DNA from: Pseudomonadota bacterium
Lineage (GTDB): Bacteria > Pseudomonadota > Alphaproteobacteria > RF32 > CAG-239
Length of the DNA: 64,000 bases
Direction of reading: 5' to 3'
Assembly (NCBI GenBank): GCA_030523245.1
Contig: JAUNIW010000003.1
Coordinates: 1,023-65,022 of the forward strand
The notes beneath the pieces are model-generated. The model ran no database searches and was not told the DNA's origin. It worked only from the letters and a program-made list of their open reading frames with translations. The position numbers were made by a program, and so were the translations under genes. Each line of letters starts with the position of its first letter. The first letter of the stretch is position 1. Positions 35,566 to 45,956 of this stretch are shown piece by piece.

Positions 35566-36011
35566 ATCTCTTCTAGCGGAACATAATCCGTTCCTTTTTG
35601 CGGATTATAAACAAATACATTTGTAACGGTCGGAATATCATAGGTTCTGTGCCAATAACCTTTTGCTTCCATACACAAGCGGTATTCTTTCGGGTCGGAA
35701 TCGGCGGAATCACGAATAGAATTTACCAGTAGCGGCGAGGCTCCCTGATAAGGTACATAACTGGCCCAGATACCTTTTTTCTTGTACCAGTCTACAACAA
35801 TATTATAGCGGTATTCTTCCGAATAAAACCAGCTGCTGATATCAGGCCAGTGAAACCAGCCTTCGGCTTCTTTTAAGCATTCGGAGTGGTCCCGCGAAAA
35901 TTTTTGAACACCGGTCCGCTCTCTTTCCCAATGGTAAATGATTTGTCCTTTTCCGCCCCAGGATGAGCAGGAATTAAGAAAGATAAGAAGTAAAAATAAA
36001 AAATAGCGCAT
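35553..36011 (-). CDS. Hypothetical lipoprotein
   Basis: The ATG at 36011 gives MRYFLFLLLIFLNSC, a signal peptide with lipobox. The sequence is W/Y-rich with no recognised family. Confidence 0.55.
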   Translation of the reverse strand: MRYFLFLLLIFLNSCSSWGGKGQIIYHWERERTGVQKFSRDHSECLKEAEGWFHWPDISSWFYSEEYRYNIVVDWYKKKGIWASYVPYQGASPLLVNSIRDSADSDPKEYRLCMEAKGYWHRTYDIPTVTNVFVYNPQKGTDYVPLEEIYRK

Positions 36012-36012
36012 G

Positions 36013-36678
36013 TTAAAAATCCAAATCATTATAATGTTTTGACGGATAGATACCTTTAAATCTGTCGTTTAAAATATCTTTGAAGCTGGGACGGGATTTT
36101 ATTTTGGAATACCAAAGTTTGGCATTTTTATAGTCTTCCCAGGGAACATCATCCAGATAGTCAATAATTGACAGCTGGGCAGCGGCACTGATGTCAGCCA
36201 GCGAGAAATTATTTCCGGCCAGATAGTTATTGCGTTCGACAATCCAGTCAATATATTCCAGATGAAAACGCAGATTATTGATTCCGGCTTTTAATCTTTT
36301 GGATTCCGGCGGTTGTTTCAGGGCGAAACGTTTATAGATTTTTTCGCCGGCAATATATTGATAAACTTCGCGGTTAAATTTATTGTCAAACCAGTCAACC
36401 AGACGTCGTATTTCGGCTCTTTCTTTATTGTTGCCGTTTATCAGACGATTTTGGGTATAGGTTTCTTCCAGAAATTCGGTAATAGCATAATTTCCGGAGA
36501 TTATATTGCCGTCATAAATAAAAACGGGCAGTTCTCCGGCCGGATTGATTTTCATAATATCTTGGGAAAGTTTCCAAGGATTTTCTTCTTTTAAAACAAA
36601 CAGCATTTTCTTTTCGGACATCAGTATTCTGATTTTCCGGCATTGAGGTAAAACACTATTGTGAACCAAAAGAACCAT
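36013..36678 (-). CDS. Glutathione S-transferase family protein
   Basis: Thioredoxin-like N-domain (SPQCRKIRILMSEKKM...PAGELPV) and a helical C-domain. About 220 aa. Confidence 0.75.
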   Translation of the reverse strand: MVLLVHNSVLPQCRKIRILMSEKKMLFVLKEENPWKLSQDIMKINPAGELPVFIYDGNIISGNYAITEFLEETYTQNRLINGNNKERAEIRRLVDWFDNKFNREVYQYIAGEKIYKRFALKQPPESKRLKAGINNLRFHLEYIDWIVERNNYLAGNNFSLADISAAAQLSIIDYLDDVPWEDYKNAKLWYSKIKSRPSFKDILNDRFKGIYPSKHYNDLDF

Positions 36679-36692
36679 TTTTTAAAACCTCC

Positions 36693-37688
36693 TTAAATAC
36701 CGTCCAAGACATCATCAATAGATTTTTCTTCAATTTTTTGTTCAATAATCGTGCCACCGCTTTTTTGCTCGGTTGTCTCGTCATCTTCTGCCGGAGCGAC
36801 GATTATCTCCTGTTCAACTTTTTTGGCAAATGCCGGTGGGACAATTCCTTGATTTTTTGATATTTCTTCTTCGACAATACGCAGAATTTCTTTTTTGACT
36901 TCATTTCCGAATTGCGGTTTGGAGAATTCGGCGCTCAAATCTTTTTTATACAAAGACATTTGCGGCATCAGTTTTGACAAAGCAATAAAAGCCGGAATTT
37001 TGAAAATCGGTTTGGATGAATAGGCCAGATACTGCCCGATACCGTAACGGCTGGCCATGATTTTATTATAATACATGCCGCCTATAATATAATCGGCATC
37101 ACCCGTAAACAGTGCCTCATAAGCGTCATAAGGTGTTTCGACATAAGTAATTTTCAGATTCTGCAATTTTCTGCTTACAAAGTCACTTAAAAATTCTGTC
37201 TTGCTCATAACGCCTTTAAGACGGGCTAAGTCTTTTGTTGATTTAATTTTTTCTTGAACATCGGGCAATGTAATAACGTGTATCGGATTTGAAACGGATG
37301 CGGGATAAACAAGCTCCACGCCGGTAAAAATTTTAGTATTGGCATAGGCTCCGAAAAATAGCTGGGCTTCATTGCTCCGGATATTCAAAATAACATCTTC
37401 CAGTGACGGAACCTGTTCAGTCTTATACTGGTCTATGTTAAATCCGTATTTTTGGGCAATTTTTTGCATAGGCTTTAAAAAAGCGCTTTCCTGAATAGTC
37501 ATGTCGGTAACAAAATCACCAATTCTTCTTTGAATATGCGTGTATTTTGAAAACGGCGGATAATCCGGCAGACCGATATAAAGCAAGTCATGTTTAAGAT
37601 AGCTGCTTTCGTGTACCATATGCTGAGCCTGAGCCTCAAAAATCAAGGCTGAAAAAATGAAAATCAAATAAAATAAAAATTTTTTCAT
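36693..37688 (-). CDS. Periplasmic solute-binding protein (family 3-like), hypothetical substrate
   Basis: The ATG at 37688 follows AGGAG. Signal peptide MKKFLFYLIFIFSALIFEAQA and a PDYPPF motif typical of SBP_bac_3-like domains. No permease or ATPase gene is adjacent. Confidence 0.5.
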   Translation of the reverse strand: MKKFLFYLIFIFSALIFEAQAQHMVHESSYLKHDLLYIGLPDYPPFSKYTHIQRRIGDFVTDMTIQESAFLKPMQKIAQKYGFNIDQYKTEQVPSLEDVILNIRSNEAQLFFGAYANTKIFTGVELVYPASVSNPIHVITLPDVQEKIKSTKDLARLKGVMSKTEFLSDFVSRKLQNLKITYVETPYDAYEALFTGDADYIIGGMYYNKIMASRYGIGQYLAYSSKPIFKIPAFIALSKLMPQMSLYKKDLSAEFSKPQFGNEVKKEILRIVEEEISKNQGIVPPAFAKKVEQEIIVAPAEDDETTEQKSGGTIIEQKIEEKSIDDVLDGI

Positions 37689-37809
37689 AAGGGCTCCTGT
37701 TATCTGTTTTACATTCAAATATAAATAAATTGTGTTAAAAAGATTTTAACCGATTGCATAAAAAAGATAAATTTGCCACTATCATATAATAAAATATGAA
37801 AAGTACAAG

Positions 37810-38613
37810 ATGATAAATCGAGATAATATAAAAATTGATAAAAGTTTGTTTTTAGCGCCCAAGACACATATTACGGCCATAACGTCCGGTTTGGGCAGCA
37901 TGGGAAAAACCTGGCTTTCGGTAACGCTGGCGCATGCCTTGAATATGCTGCAGGAGAGTGTGTTGCTTTTTGATGCCAATAACGGATTGCTTAATGCTGA
38001 TTTCCAGCTGGATTTGCCGGATAAGTACGGTCTGAATGAGGTTATCGACGGAAAGATGACGCTCAATCAGGTAATTACGCCCGTAAACAAAAAGAAATTT
38101 GATATAATATGCGGGCAGGCCGGAAGTGATTTGCTGGAAAGTGTTCCTTTAGGGCGGCTGCATATCTTGTGTGACGAACTTGCTTTGATAGCCCAGAATT
38201 ATAATGAGGTTATTATTGATCTGCCTTCATCGGAAAAAATATTATACAACTTGTTACCGCCGGCAAATATTATATTGGTTTGTACCAGCGAGCCGTCAAA
38301 TCTGGTTTCAACCTATGATTTTCTGCAAAAGAATATCGGCAGTTTGTCTTATAAAAGTTTGCAAATTGTTATAAACTATGCTAATTCTTACGAAGAGGGG
38401 TTGCGTACGTATAATACGCTGCGCCGCGCCTGTGAACAATATATGACAGAAACGCCGAGGCTTTTGGGAATAATCCGCCGTGATACGAAAGTGCGTGATG
38501 CCATTCGCAATCATGTTTTGCTGTTAAATCGTTATCCGACATCGGAAGCCGCGGAAGATGTTTTGAATATTGCTCGAAAATTATGGATAAAGGAGGCGGG
38601 AAGTGAAAGGTAA
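37810..38613 (+). CDS. MinD/ParA-superfamily P-loop protein (FlhG-like) with degenerate deviant Walker A
   Basis: AITSGLGSMGKTWLSVTLA aligns to SGKGGVGKT, but the signature Lys and a Gly are substituted. The Walker B-like motif is VIIDLPS. 267 aa. Confidence 0.55.
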   Translation: MINRDNIKIDKSLFLAPKTHITAITSGLGSMGKTWLSVTLAHALNMLQESVLLFDANNGLLNADFQLDLPDKYGLNEVIDGKMTLNQVITPVNKKKFDIICGQAGSDLLESVPLGRLHILCDELALIAQNYNEVIIDLPSSEKILYNLLPPANIILVCTSEPSNLVSTYDFLQKNIGSLSYKSLQIVINYANSYEEGLRTYNTLRRACEQYMTETPRLLGIIRRDTKVRDAIRNHVLLLNRYPTSEAAEDVLNIARKLWIKEAGSER

Positions 38614-39757
38614 TTTTGACGGTATGGGGTATTATCGTGTTTTGGAGGTGACACCGAATGCGCCCTTATCTATAATAAAGCAGCAATATTACAACAGGGC
38701 AAAATACTGGCATCCGGATCATAATGAAAATCCTGATGCGGTGGAAGTTTTCCAGAAAATATCTTTAGCTTATAATCTTTTGAAAGATCAGAAAAAAAGA
38801 TTGCAATATGATTTGCTTTCATTGGTTTATGAAGAAAAAGATTTTCCGGATATGGAAGTTTTGAAAATTTATAAAAACCAAAAAGGGCAGGAAGACGCGG
38901 CTTTACGTGTTTTAAAACAACGACGGGTTTATGCCTGTATCAGCGGATATAAAATTAAAGAAACCAAAGATATATGCAATTATGCCGAAGCAAAAGATAT
39001 GGTATTGTCAACGTCAGTATCCAACTGGCTCAGGGGATGGTGGGGCGTAAAGGCCTTTCCCGAAAATCTGAAAGCAATAAAATTTAATTTGTCTGCGGTC
39101 GGAGCAAAAGATGAGGATAATCTCAAACTGCTTATTCATAATGCGATAGCCTATAATAAAGCGGACAGGAATGATATGGCCTGGCTTTACGCTAAACAGG
39201 CCTATATGCTGGTGCCGCCGGAAAGCCGAGCACATGAGCTGTTGCAGACTTATATTGATATATTGGACTTTCATCCGCAGAAAACGATTATATTGCCCAA
39301 ATGGTCCGCGTCGGAATTAAAAATGAGGCAGATGGTTTTGCCGGTTTTTGCCGGTGCGGTGGCTGCCGTGTATGCGGTTTTTATTCTGGGCAAGGTCGGT
39401 TTTGTATCTTTGCCGCAGCATCGTAATTCAAGTTACTATCAAGAAATGGTTATAGGCGGCGTTCGGGTTGCCGATGACCGTATTGAGGCCAGAATAATAA
39501 AAATAGACGGCGACAAATCAAACGAAAATTATTTCTATCACTTGAAAGATGCCGGAAATATTTATTATGGTCCGGACAGCCGTTATGATGTTTTGGCGGC
39601 AGGAATAAAAGGGCAGACAGTGCGTGTTGTCGGCTATACGCCGGACAAAAACTGGTTTAAAATAATTATTGACAACGGAGAGGCTGGGTACGTAAATAAA
39701 GGCAATCTGGAAAAGGGTATGGGCAATCCGTTGCCGCCGCGTTCACGGGTAAAATAA
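38603..39757 (+). CDS. J-domain (DnaJ-like) membrane protein with C-terminal SH3b-like domain
   Basis: GTG start 6 nt after AGGAGG. J-domain YYRVLEV...YWHPDHN...AYNLLKD...YD, one TM segment (VLPVFAGAVAAVYAVFILG), and a C-terminal GQTVRVVGYTPDKNWFKIIIDNGEAGYV. Confidence 0.75.
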   Translation: MKGNFDGMGYYRVLEVTPNAPLSIIKQQYYNRAKYWHPDHNENPDAVEVFQKISLAYNLLKDQKKRLQYDLLSLVYEEKDFPDMEVLKIYKNQKGQEDAALRVLKQRRVYACISGYKIKETKDICNYAEAKDMVLSTSVSNWLRGWWGVKAFPENLKAIKFNLSAVGAKDEDNLKLLIHNAIAYNKADRNDMAWLYAKQAYMLVPPESRAHELLQTYIDILDFHPQKTIILPKWSASELKMRQMVLPVFAGAVAAVYAVFILGKVGFVSLPQHRNSSYYQEMVIGGVRVADDRIEARIIKIDGDKSNENYFYHLKDAGNIYYGPDSRYDVLAAGIKGQTVRVVGYTPDKNWFKIIIDNGEAGYVNKGNLEKGMGNPLPPRSRVK

Positions 39758-39775
39758 GCAGAAACAGGATGAGAA

Positions 39776-40900
39776 ATGGGATTAAAATTTGAAATAGATA
39801 AAAAAGTCGGAAAAAGCCGGTTAGGCCGGTTGATTACAAAACATGGCGTTATCAATACGCCGACATTTATGCCGGTAGGAACCTGCGGTACGGTTAAAGC
39901 GATGATGCCGGAAAGCGTGGCAGCAACGGGAGCAGAAATTTTGTTGGGTAATACCTATCATCTGATGCTGCGTCCGGGGGCGGATTTGGTCGAAAAAATG
40001 GGTGGTCTGCATAAATTTATGAACTGGGACAAACCTATTTTAACGGATTCCGGCGGTTTTCAGGTCATGAGCCTGAGCGGACTGCGTAAGTTAACGGAAG
40101 AAGGTGTGACGTTCCGTTCGCATGTCGACGGTAAAAAATTCTTTCTGAGTCCGGAAGAATCAATGAAGATTCAGCATAAGCTTGATTCCAATATAACCAT
40201 GTGTCTGGACGAATGTACGCCGTATCCTTCAACCTATGAAACCTGTGCCAAATCCATGCGCATGTCCATGCGGTGGGCCAAACGCAGCAAAGAAGCCTTT
40301 ATCGACAGGGACGGATACGGAATTTTCGGTATTCAACAGGGTAATGTTTTTAAAGACCTGCGTGCAGAGTCGGCCCAGGCCCTGACGGAAATCGGTTTTG
40401 ACGGTTATGCCATCGGCGGTCTGGCTATCGGCGAGGGACAGGAAAAAATGTTTGAAGTTCTGGATTATGCGCCGGATATGCTGCCGGAAGATAAACCGCG
40501 TTACTTAATGGGTGTCGGCCGTCCGGACGATATTGTCGGTGCAGTTTTGCGCGGCGTAGATATGTTTGATTGTGTTATGCCGACACGTTCCGGCCGTACG
40601 GCACAGGCATTTACCAAATACGGGGCGGTAAATATCCGTAATGCGCGGCATCGTGAAGACCCTCGGCCGTTGGAAGCAGATTGTGATTGTCCGTTGTGTA
40701 CACATTACAGCCGTGCCTATATTCATCATTTGCAAAAATGCAATGAAGTTCTGGGAATTATGCTGCTGACCTGGCATAATATACGTTATTATGAACGTCT
40801 GGTGCAAGGTTTACGGGCAGCTATAAAGAATGATACTCTATCGGAATTTGCTGCCGAATTTTATGCAAATCAGGCCAGAGGAGATATTAAGGAGCTTTAA
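39776..40900 (+). CDS. tgt: Queuine tRNA-ribosyltransferase
   Basis: TPxFMPVGT, LGNTYHL, DSGGFQ and the zinc motif [17 protein letters not shown]. 374 aa. Confidence 0.95.
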   Translation: MGLKFEIDKKVGKSRLGRLITKHGVINTPTFMPVGTCGTVKAMMPESVAATGAEILLGNTYHLMLRPGADLVEKMGGLHKFMNWDKPILTDSGGFQVMSLSGLRKLTEEGVTFRSHVDGKKFFLSPEESMKIQHKLDSNITMCLDECTPYPSTYETCAKSMRMSMRWAKRSKEAFIDRDGYGIFGIQQGNVFKDLRAESAQALTEIGFDGYAIGGLAIGEGQEKMFEVLDYAPDMLPEDKPRYLMGVGRPDDIVGAVLRGVDMFDCVMPTRSGRTAQAFTKYGAVNIRNARHREDPRPLEADCDCPLCTHYSRAYIHHLQKCNEVLGIMLLTWHNIRYYERLVQGLRAAIKNDTLSEFAAEFYANQARGDIKEL

Positions 40901-40902
40901 AA

Positions 40903-41853
40903 ATGGATGAAAAAGTCTGTAACGTAGAAGAAAAAGTAATTCAAAGTTTTAAGGAAGCCAACCGCGAAGAAGGTATTCGTGTTTTTGTGGCCGGCGGTTC
41001 ACGTTCGGGCAATGATAAAATCTATGCGCAGGAAGCATATCATCTGGGCAAAAAAATAGTTAAAATGGATTTTAAATTGGATTTCGGCTTATCAAACAGC
41101 GGCATTATGGGAGCCGTGGCCAAAGGTGTTCTGGATGGCTGGAATAAACGCCAGTGCCGTCTTGAAGGTTCGCCGATTCAGGGTATTACCACAAAAAAAT
41201 ACTTTGAACTTTATCCAAATGATGACGAACTTATTACCAAAATGGATATTGTTGTGGCCAAAACTCTGGAAGAACGCAAACAGAAACTGCTGGAAGCAGA
41301 TTTTGTGGTCTTTGCCCCCGGCGGTGTGGGAACACTGGATGAGCTGGCCTATGATTGTGTGGCAATGCAGGACGGGATGCTGCCGATGAAACCGTTTATT
41401 ATTTATAACATCAACGGTTATTTTCATCATCTTCTGGAGTTTCTGAAATTCATTTCTCTTGAAGGCTTTGCCAATCCTGTTCCGTTTATTGTGGTTGATA
41501 ATAATGAAGAACTGGAAATTGCTTTCCGGTTGTTGAAAAAACGATATATCAAATGTTCCGACGGTCAGGAAGCGTATGCTAATGCCCGTCAGCTTGTATA
41601 TGAACTGCCGTATTTTATTAAACAGAAGTTGAACTTTAATCTGGATGTCGAAGACTGTCTGACGCATATAACGCAGATTAACAGTACCGGAAGTTATCAG
41701 GAAAGAACCGTTTTGCGTAATGAAATCGAAACCGCTTATCTGGAAAAGGAAATCAGCCGCATGTATGACCGGCTTGCCAAAACCGGACGTGATACGGGTA
41801 ATGTCAGTGAAAAACTCGCTAAACTGAAAAAAAGACGCAAGGAACTGGGTTGA
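40903..41853 (+). CDS. LOG-family (TIGR00730-type) nucleotide-binding protein with C-terminal extension
   Basis: PGGVGTLDEL signature and an upstream GIMGAVAKG motif. At 316 aa it is longer than typical LOG proteins. Confidence 0.7.
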   Translation: MDEKVCNVEEKVIQSFKEANREEGIRVFVAGGSRSGNDKIYAQEAYHLGKKIVKMDFKLDFGLSNSGIMGAVAKGVLDGWNKRQCRLEGSPIQGITTKKYFELYPNDDELITKMDIVVAKTLEERKQKLLEADFVVFAPGGVGTLDELAYDCVAMQDGMLPMKPFIIYNINGYFHHLLEFLKFISLEGFANPVPFIVVDNNEELEIAFRLLKKRYIKCSDGQEAYANARQLVYELPYFIKQKLNFNLDVEDCLTHITQINSTGSYQERTVLRNEIETAYLEKEISRMYDRLAKTGRDTGNVSEKLAKLKKRRKELG

Positions 41854-43589
41854 TGAACGTTTGGTCTTTCATTCTGTATTATTTACGCAAAACAAAATTG
41901 ATGGCCGGAATTATCTTGATTGCAATAATTGTCCGCGCTGTATCCGACAGAATGCAAATGTATGCCATATCGCAGGCAATCGGAGTGTTTCCTGATTTTG
42001 AAAAAAACAACGAGGTACTGCATACGATATTTTTATATATCGGATTATTAGCGGCTATGCTTGTGACAGAAGGTTTGTCCTCATTTGTTTTTCAATACAC
42101 AAGCGGAAAGTTTATACCTTATTTTAAGAGTTTGGTTTACAAAGATTTGTTTATTGCCGTTCATCACCATTCTATCCGTTTCTTTAATGAAGAAATGTCT
42201 GGAAAAATCACGGCTAAGGTTAAAAATGTTGTTTCGGGTATCCATGAGTTGTATGCACATGCCTTGTTTGGTGTGATCAAACCGGTAATATCTATCGGTG
42301 TCAGCATGTTTCTAATCTATAATGCCAGTATTTGGCTTGGTTTGCTGATGAGTATTCTTTTGTTTGTTTTTGCGGTTATTTCAATTTATATACGCCGCCG
42401 GATTGGTTCCTGGGCTGAAAAACGCGCCCGCTTCAGTGCCGAAACAGACGGTGTTTTTATTGATACGGTAACAAATTCTGATTTGGTAAAAAGTTTTGCC
42501 AATTATTTTTTTGAAAAGAAACGTTTTTACCATGTTTTAAAAACAACGGTACAGGCAGAACAGAACGAACGCACAAGAGATGCCTTGTATGATTTTCAGA
42601 GTAAAACTGTTTTGTATTCTACTTATCTGGCAATATATATCGGCGTGTTTTATTTTTGGTATATCGGCCAGTTAAATTTATCCGGAGTCATCTTGTGTGT
42701 TTCAATGATGGGCGGTCTGATTATGGAAATACATAATATCGGTTATTTAGCCAGTGATGTCGCACGGCAATACGGACAAATTAAAGACGGATTAAATTTG
42801 ATTTACAGTCCGTGTCAGGTAGAAGATAAAATCGGTGCGCATTATATCAAAATGCGCGGCAAAGGGATAAAATTTTCTCATATCAGCTTTAAATATCAGG
42901 ATAAAAATACTTTGTTCAATGATTTTAACCTGAATATAAAATCCGGCGAAAAGATTGGTTTGGTCGGGCATTCGGGCAGCGGCAAATCAACATTGATAAA
43001 GCTGTTGGCGCGCTATTATGATTTGGTCGGCGGACAGATTTTTGTAGGCGGCGAAGATATTGCAAATGTTACGCAGTTAAGCCTGCGCGCTCAGATTGCC
43101 GTTATTCCGCAAGATACAACGTTGTTTAACCGTACGATTATGGAGAACATCCGTTATGGTAATGTCAATGCCACGGATGAAGAAGTTATAAAGGCTGCCA
43201 AGCTGGCGTATGCCGATGAATTCATCAGAAAACTTCCTGCCGGCTACGAAAGCAAGGTTGGTGAACGCGGTATTATGTTGTCGGGCGGCGAACGACAGCG
43301 TATAGCTATTGCTCGCGCCATTCTGAAAAATGCGCCGATTTTAATTTTGGACGAAGCAACTTCGGCATTAGACAGTCAAAGTGAATTATATATCCAGAAA
43401 TCTCTGAAAAAGCTTATGAAAGGCAAAACGGTTATAGCCATTGCCCACCGGTTGTCAACTTTGAAAGAAATGGACCGGCTGATTGTGATGGATAACGGAA
43501 AAATCATTGAAGAAGGACGCCATGACGAACTGATAGAACGTGGTGGCGCATATTATGATTTTTATCAGATTCAGAGTCTCAATAAATGA
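41850..43589 (+). CDS. ABC exporter, fused permease/ATPase (MsbA-like)
   Basis: Six-TM N-domain, Walker A GHSGSGKST, ABC signature LSGGERQR and Walker B ILILDEATSALD. Confidence 0.9.
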   Translation: MMNVWSFILYYLRKTKLMAGIILIAIIVRAVSDRMQMYAISQAIGVFPDFEKNNEVLHTIFLYIGLLAAMLVTEGLSSFVFQYTSGKFIPYFKSLVYKDLFIAVHHHSIRFFNEEMSGKITAKVKNVVSGIHELYAHALFGVIKPVISIGVSMFLIYNASIWLGLLMSILLFVFAVISIYIRRRIGSWAEKRARFSAETDGVFIDTVTNSDLVKSFANYFFEKKRFYHVLKTTVQAEQNERTRDALYDFQSKTVLYSTYLAIYIGVFYFWYIGQLNLSGVILCVSMMGGLIMEIHNIGYLASDVARQYGQIKDGLNLIYSPCQVEDKIGAHYIKMRGKGIKFSHISFKYQDKNTLFNDFNLNIKSGEKIGLVGHSGSGKSTLIKLLARYYDLVGGQIFVGGEDIANVTQLSLRAQIAVIPQDTTLFNRTIMENIRYGNVNATDEEVIKAAKLAYADEFIRKLPAGYESKVGERGIMLSGGERQRIAIARAILKNAPILILDEATSALDSQSELYIQKSLKKLMKGKTVIAIAHRLSTLKEMDRLIVMDNGKIIEEGRHDELIERGGAYYDFYQIQSLNK

Positions 43590-43609
43590 ACAAGCCGTCA
43601 ATAAAAGGC

Positions 43610-43637
43610 TTGCAAAAAAATAGAAATTGCATATATT
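43610..43637 (+). promoter_or_regulatory. Putative sigma70-type promoter upstream of fba
   Basis: -35 TTGCAA (43610-43615), a 16-nt spacer and -10 TATATT (43632-43637). AAGGAG SD lies before the ATG at 43675. Confidence 0.35.
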
Positions 43638-43674
43638 TTAGGCAGTTATAAGTTAACTTTTTAAGGAGAAAAAA

Positions 43675-44724
43675 ATGCCTTTGGTATCTATGCGTCAAAT
43701 TCTTGACCATGCGGCCGAACACGGTTATGGTGTTCCGGCTTTTAATATAAATGATATGGAACAAATTCTGGCTGTTTTGCAGGCGGCAAAAAAAGTAAAC
43801 GCCCCTGTTATTCTGCAAACTTCTACCGGCGCCCGCAAATTTGCCGGTGACCCGATGATTCGCCATATGGTAATGGCCGGTATCGAAATGTTTCCGGAAC
43901 TGCCGATTTGTTTGCATCAGGACCACGGTGCTTCGGTTAATATCTGCCAGTCGGCTATCGTAAACGGTTACAGTTCGGTAATGATGGACGGTTCTTTGGA
44001 AGCAGACGGTAAAACGCCGGCCTCTTTTGACTACAATGTCCGCGTAACACAAGAAGTTGTGGCCCGCGCTCATGCTGTCGGTGCTTCTGTTGAAGGCGAG
44101 CTGGGTGTTATCGGTTCATTGGAAACCGGTAAAGCCGATAAAGAAGACGGCCATGGAGCCGAAGGTAAATTGGATAGAAAACGTCTGGTAACGGACCCTG
44201 ATGAAGCAGCTGAATTTGTCGCTTTAACTCATTTGGATGCTTTGGCTGTTGCTGTTGGTACTTCTCATGGCGCTTATAAATTTACCCGCAAACCTGACGG
44301 CGATATTCTGGCAATAGATGTTATTGAGAAAATTCATGCCAAATTACCGAATACACACCTTGTTATGCATGGTTCATCTTCAGTGCCTCAGGAATTGCAG
44401 GATTTGATTAACGCTTACGGCGGCGCAATACCGCAAACCTACGGTGTGCCGGTTGAAGAAATCGTTCGTGGTATTAAATCCGGTGTACGCAAAGTAAATG
44501 TTGATACCGATTCCCGTATGGCTATTACCGGCGCTATCCGTCGTTTCTTTAACGAAAATCCGAAAGAATTTGACCCGCGTAAATATCTCAAACCGGCTAT
44601 TGAAGAAATGCAGAAAGTTTGCGAAGCCCGTTATATTGCTTTCGGTGCAGCCGGACATGCCGATCAGATTAAAGCGATTAAATTGTCTGATATAGCAAAA
44701 AGATACGCTGACGGCGAGTTATAA
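43675..44724 (+). CDS. fba: Class II fructose-1,6-bisphosphate aldolase
   Basis: [20 protein letters not shown] and the GTSHGAYKF motif. About 350 aa. Confidence 0.9.
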   Translation: MPLVSMRQILDHAAEHGYGVPAFNINDMEQILAVLQAAKKVNAPVILQTSTGARKFAGDPMIRHMVMAGIEMFPELPICLHQDHGASVNICQSAIVNGYSSVMMDGSLEADGKTPASFDYNVRVTQEVVARAHAVGASVEGELGVIGSLETGKADKEDGHGAEGKLDRKRLVTDPDEAAEFVALTHLDALAVAVGTSHGAYKFTRKPDGDILAIDVIEKIHAKLPNTHLVMHGSSSVPQELQDLINAYGGAIPQTYGVPVEEIVRGIKSGVRKVNVDTDSRMAITGAIRRFFNENPKEFDPRKYLKPAIEEMQKVCEARYIAFGAAGHADQIKAIKLSDIAKRYADGEL

Positions 44725-44740
44725 TTATCTGTCTGATATA

Positions 44741-44773
44741 AAAAAAGGAAGCTCGAAAAAGCTTCCTTTTTTT
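44741..44773. terminator. Bidirectional rho-independent terminator between fba and atpF
   Basis: A-run, then GGAAGC-TCGAAAAA-GCTTCC hairpin, then a T-run at 44767-44773. Confidence 0.75.
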
Positions 44774-44785
44774 GAATACGGAAAC

Positions 44786-45442
44786 TTATTTAATAAATTT
44801 ATCCAGACTTTCAATCGACTTATCAATAAGAGCACTCTTATCCGCTTTTTTAATATGAGCCAGAATAGTATCTTTTGCCAGTTCAACAGCCGAACGTGCG
44901 ACAGACTGATTGATTTCGGCAATGGCACTTTCGGTAGAGCTGGCAATCCGCCGCTTGATTTCTTTTTCTTTAAGTGCCGTATTTTCTTTCAGGACAGCCA
45001 AATCATTTTTCTTTTGATTGGCAATATTCTTTTCGGCCTGTTTCAAAATTTGTGCTACTTCATCTTCGGCAGCCGCAAATTTTTTTTCATACTGAGTCAG
45101 CAACTCTTGTGCGTCATCCCGTAGTTGAACCGCATCATCAATCTGTTCTCTGACATTGTCTATTTTTTTCTGCATAGCCGCTTTCAGAAAGCGATAAGCA
45201 GGCTTGGCCAAAACAACGATAGAAAGAACAAAAGCCATTCCGACCCAGAATTCGACATCGGCATAAAACGGAACTTCCGCCGGTTGATGCGGATTAACCG
45301 GATTCGCCATGTCGAAAACTTCCGAGACGTTTTCAGCTGCGTCGATAATGGCATTTTGCGTTGCATCAATTAAATCATTGCCATCGGCCAGTGTATCTAA
45401 CGGTGCACTATCCGGCAAATTATCTGTATACTCTTCTGCCAT
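44786..45442 (-). CDS. atpF: F0F1 ATP synthase subunit b, with ~65-aa acidic N-terminal extension
   Basis: Last gene of the atpI-B-E-F'-F order. Has a single TM (FWVGMAFVLSIVVL) followed by a long A/E/K helix. At 218 aa it exceeds the usual ~160. Confidence 0.8.
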   Translation of the reverse strand: MAEEYTDNLPDSAPLDTLADGNDLIDATQNAIIDAAENVSEVFDMANPVNPHQPAEVPFYADVEFWVGMAFVLSIVVLAKPAYRFLKAAMQKKIDNVREQIDDAVQLRDDAQELLTQYEKKFAAAEDEVAQILKQAEKNIANQKKNDLAVLKENTALKEKEIKRRIASSTESAIAEINQSVARSAVELAKDTILAHIKKADKSALIDKSIESLDKFIK

Positions 45443-45927
45443 CAGTCTTTTCCTCTGTTGGAAGCCGCCTCTGCCACATCATTTTTGCTGATTTCGCTAA
45501 AGCCAAGTTTTTGCACAATATCAAAGGCCAGAGTTTGAGAAAGAGCTTCAATTTGCTGTAAAGTTTCTCTTTTTTCTTTTGCCAGTTTAAATTCACTGTC
45601 GGCAATTTGTTTATTCAAACGTTCATTCAGCAATTTTTCCTCTTCCGCCAGAAAGCTGGCAGATTCTTTTTGATTTGCGGCAATATCGGCCGAAGCTTTT
45701 GCTTTGGCAGCGTTAAGAGCCTTCTCATATTTTTCAAGCGACAGTTTGGCTTGTTGATTCAGTTTTTCTGCCTTTTGGATATAATCATCAATCTTACGTT
45801 TTCGTTGTTCCAGAACATCGGCAATTTTCGGCGTAATAAAAACAGACACCAAAATCCAGAACAAACAAAAGCACAAAACCATCCAAAAAGCCTGAGAGGC
45901 ATAAGTTGATAAGTCTAGTTGAGGCAT
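45442..45927 (-). CDS. atpF2: F0F1 ATP synthase subunit b'
   Basis: N-terminus MPQLDLSTYASQAFW, typical of alphaproteobacterial b'. One TM plus a long helix. 161 aa. Confidence 0.85.
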   Translation of the reverse strand: MPQLDLSTYASQAFWMVLCFCLFWILVSVFITPKIADVLEQRKRKIDDYIQKAEKLNQQAKLSLEKYEKALNAAKAKASADIAANQKESASFLAEEEKLLNERLNKQIADSEFKLAKEKRETLQQIEALSQTLAFDIVQKLGFSEISKNDVAEAASNRGKD

Positions 45928-45956
45928 TTATTTTCCTCTGTAAAAGGCGTTATCTG

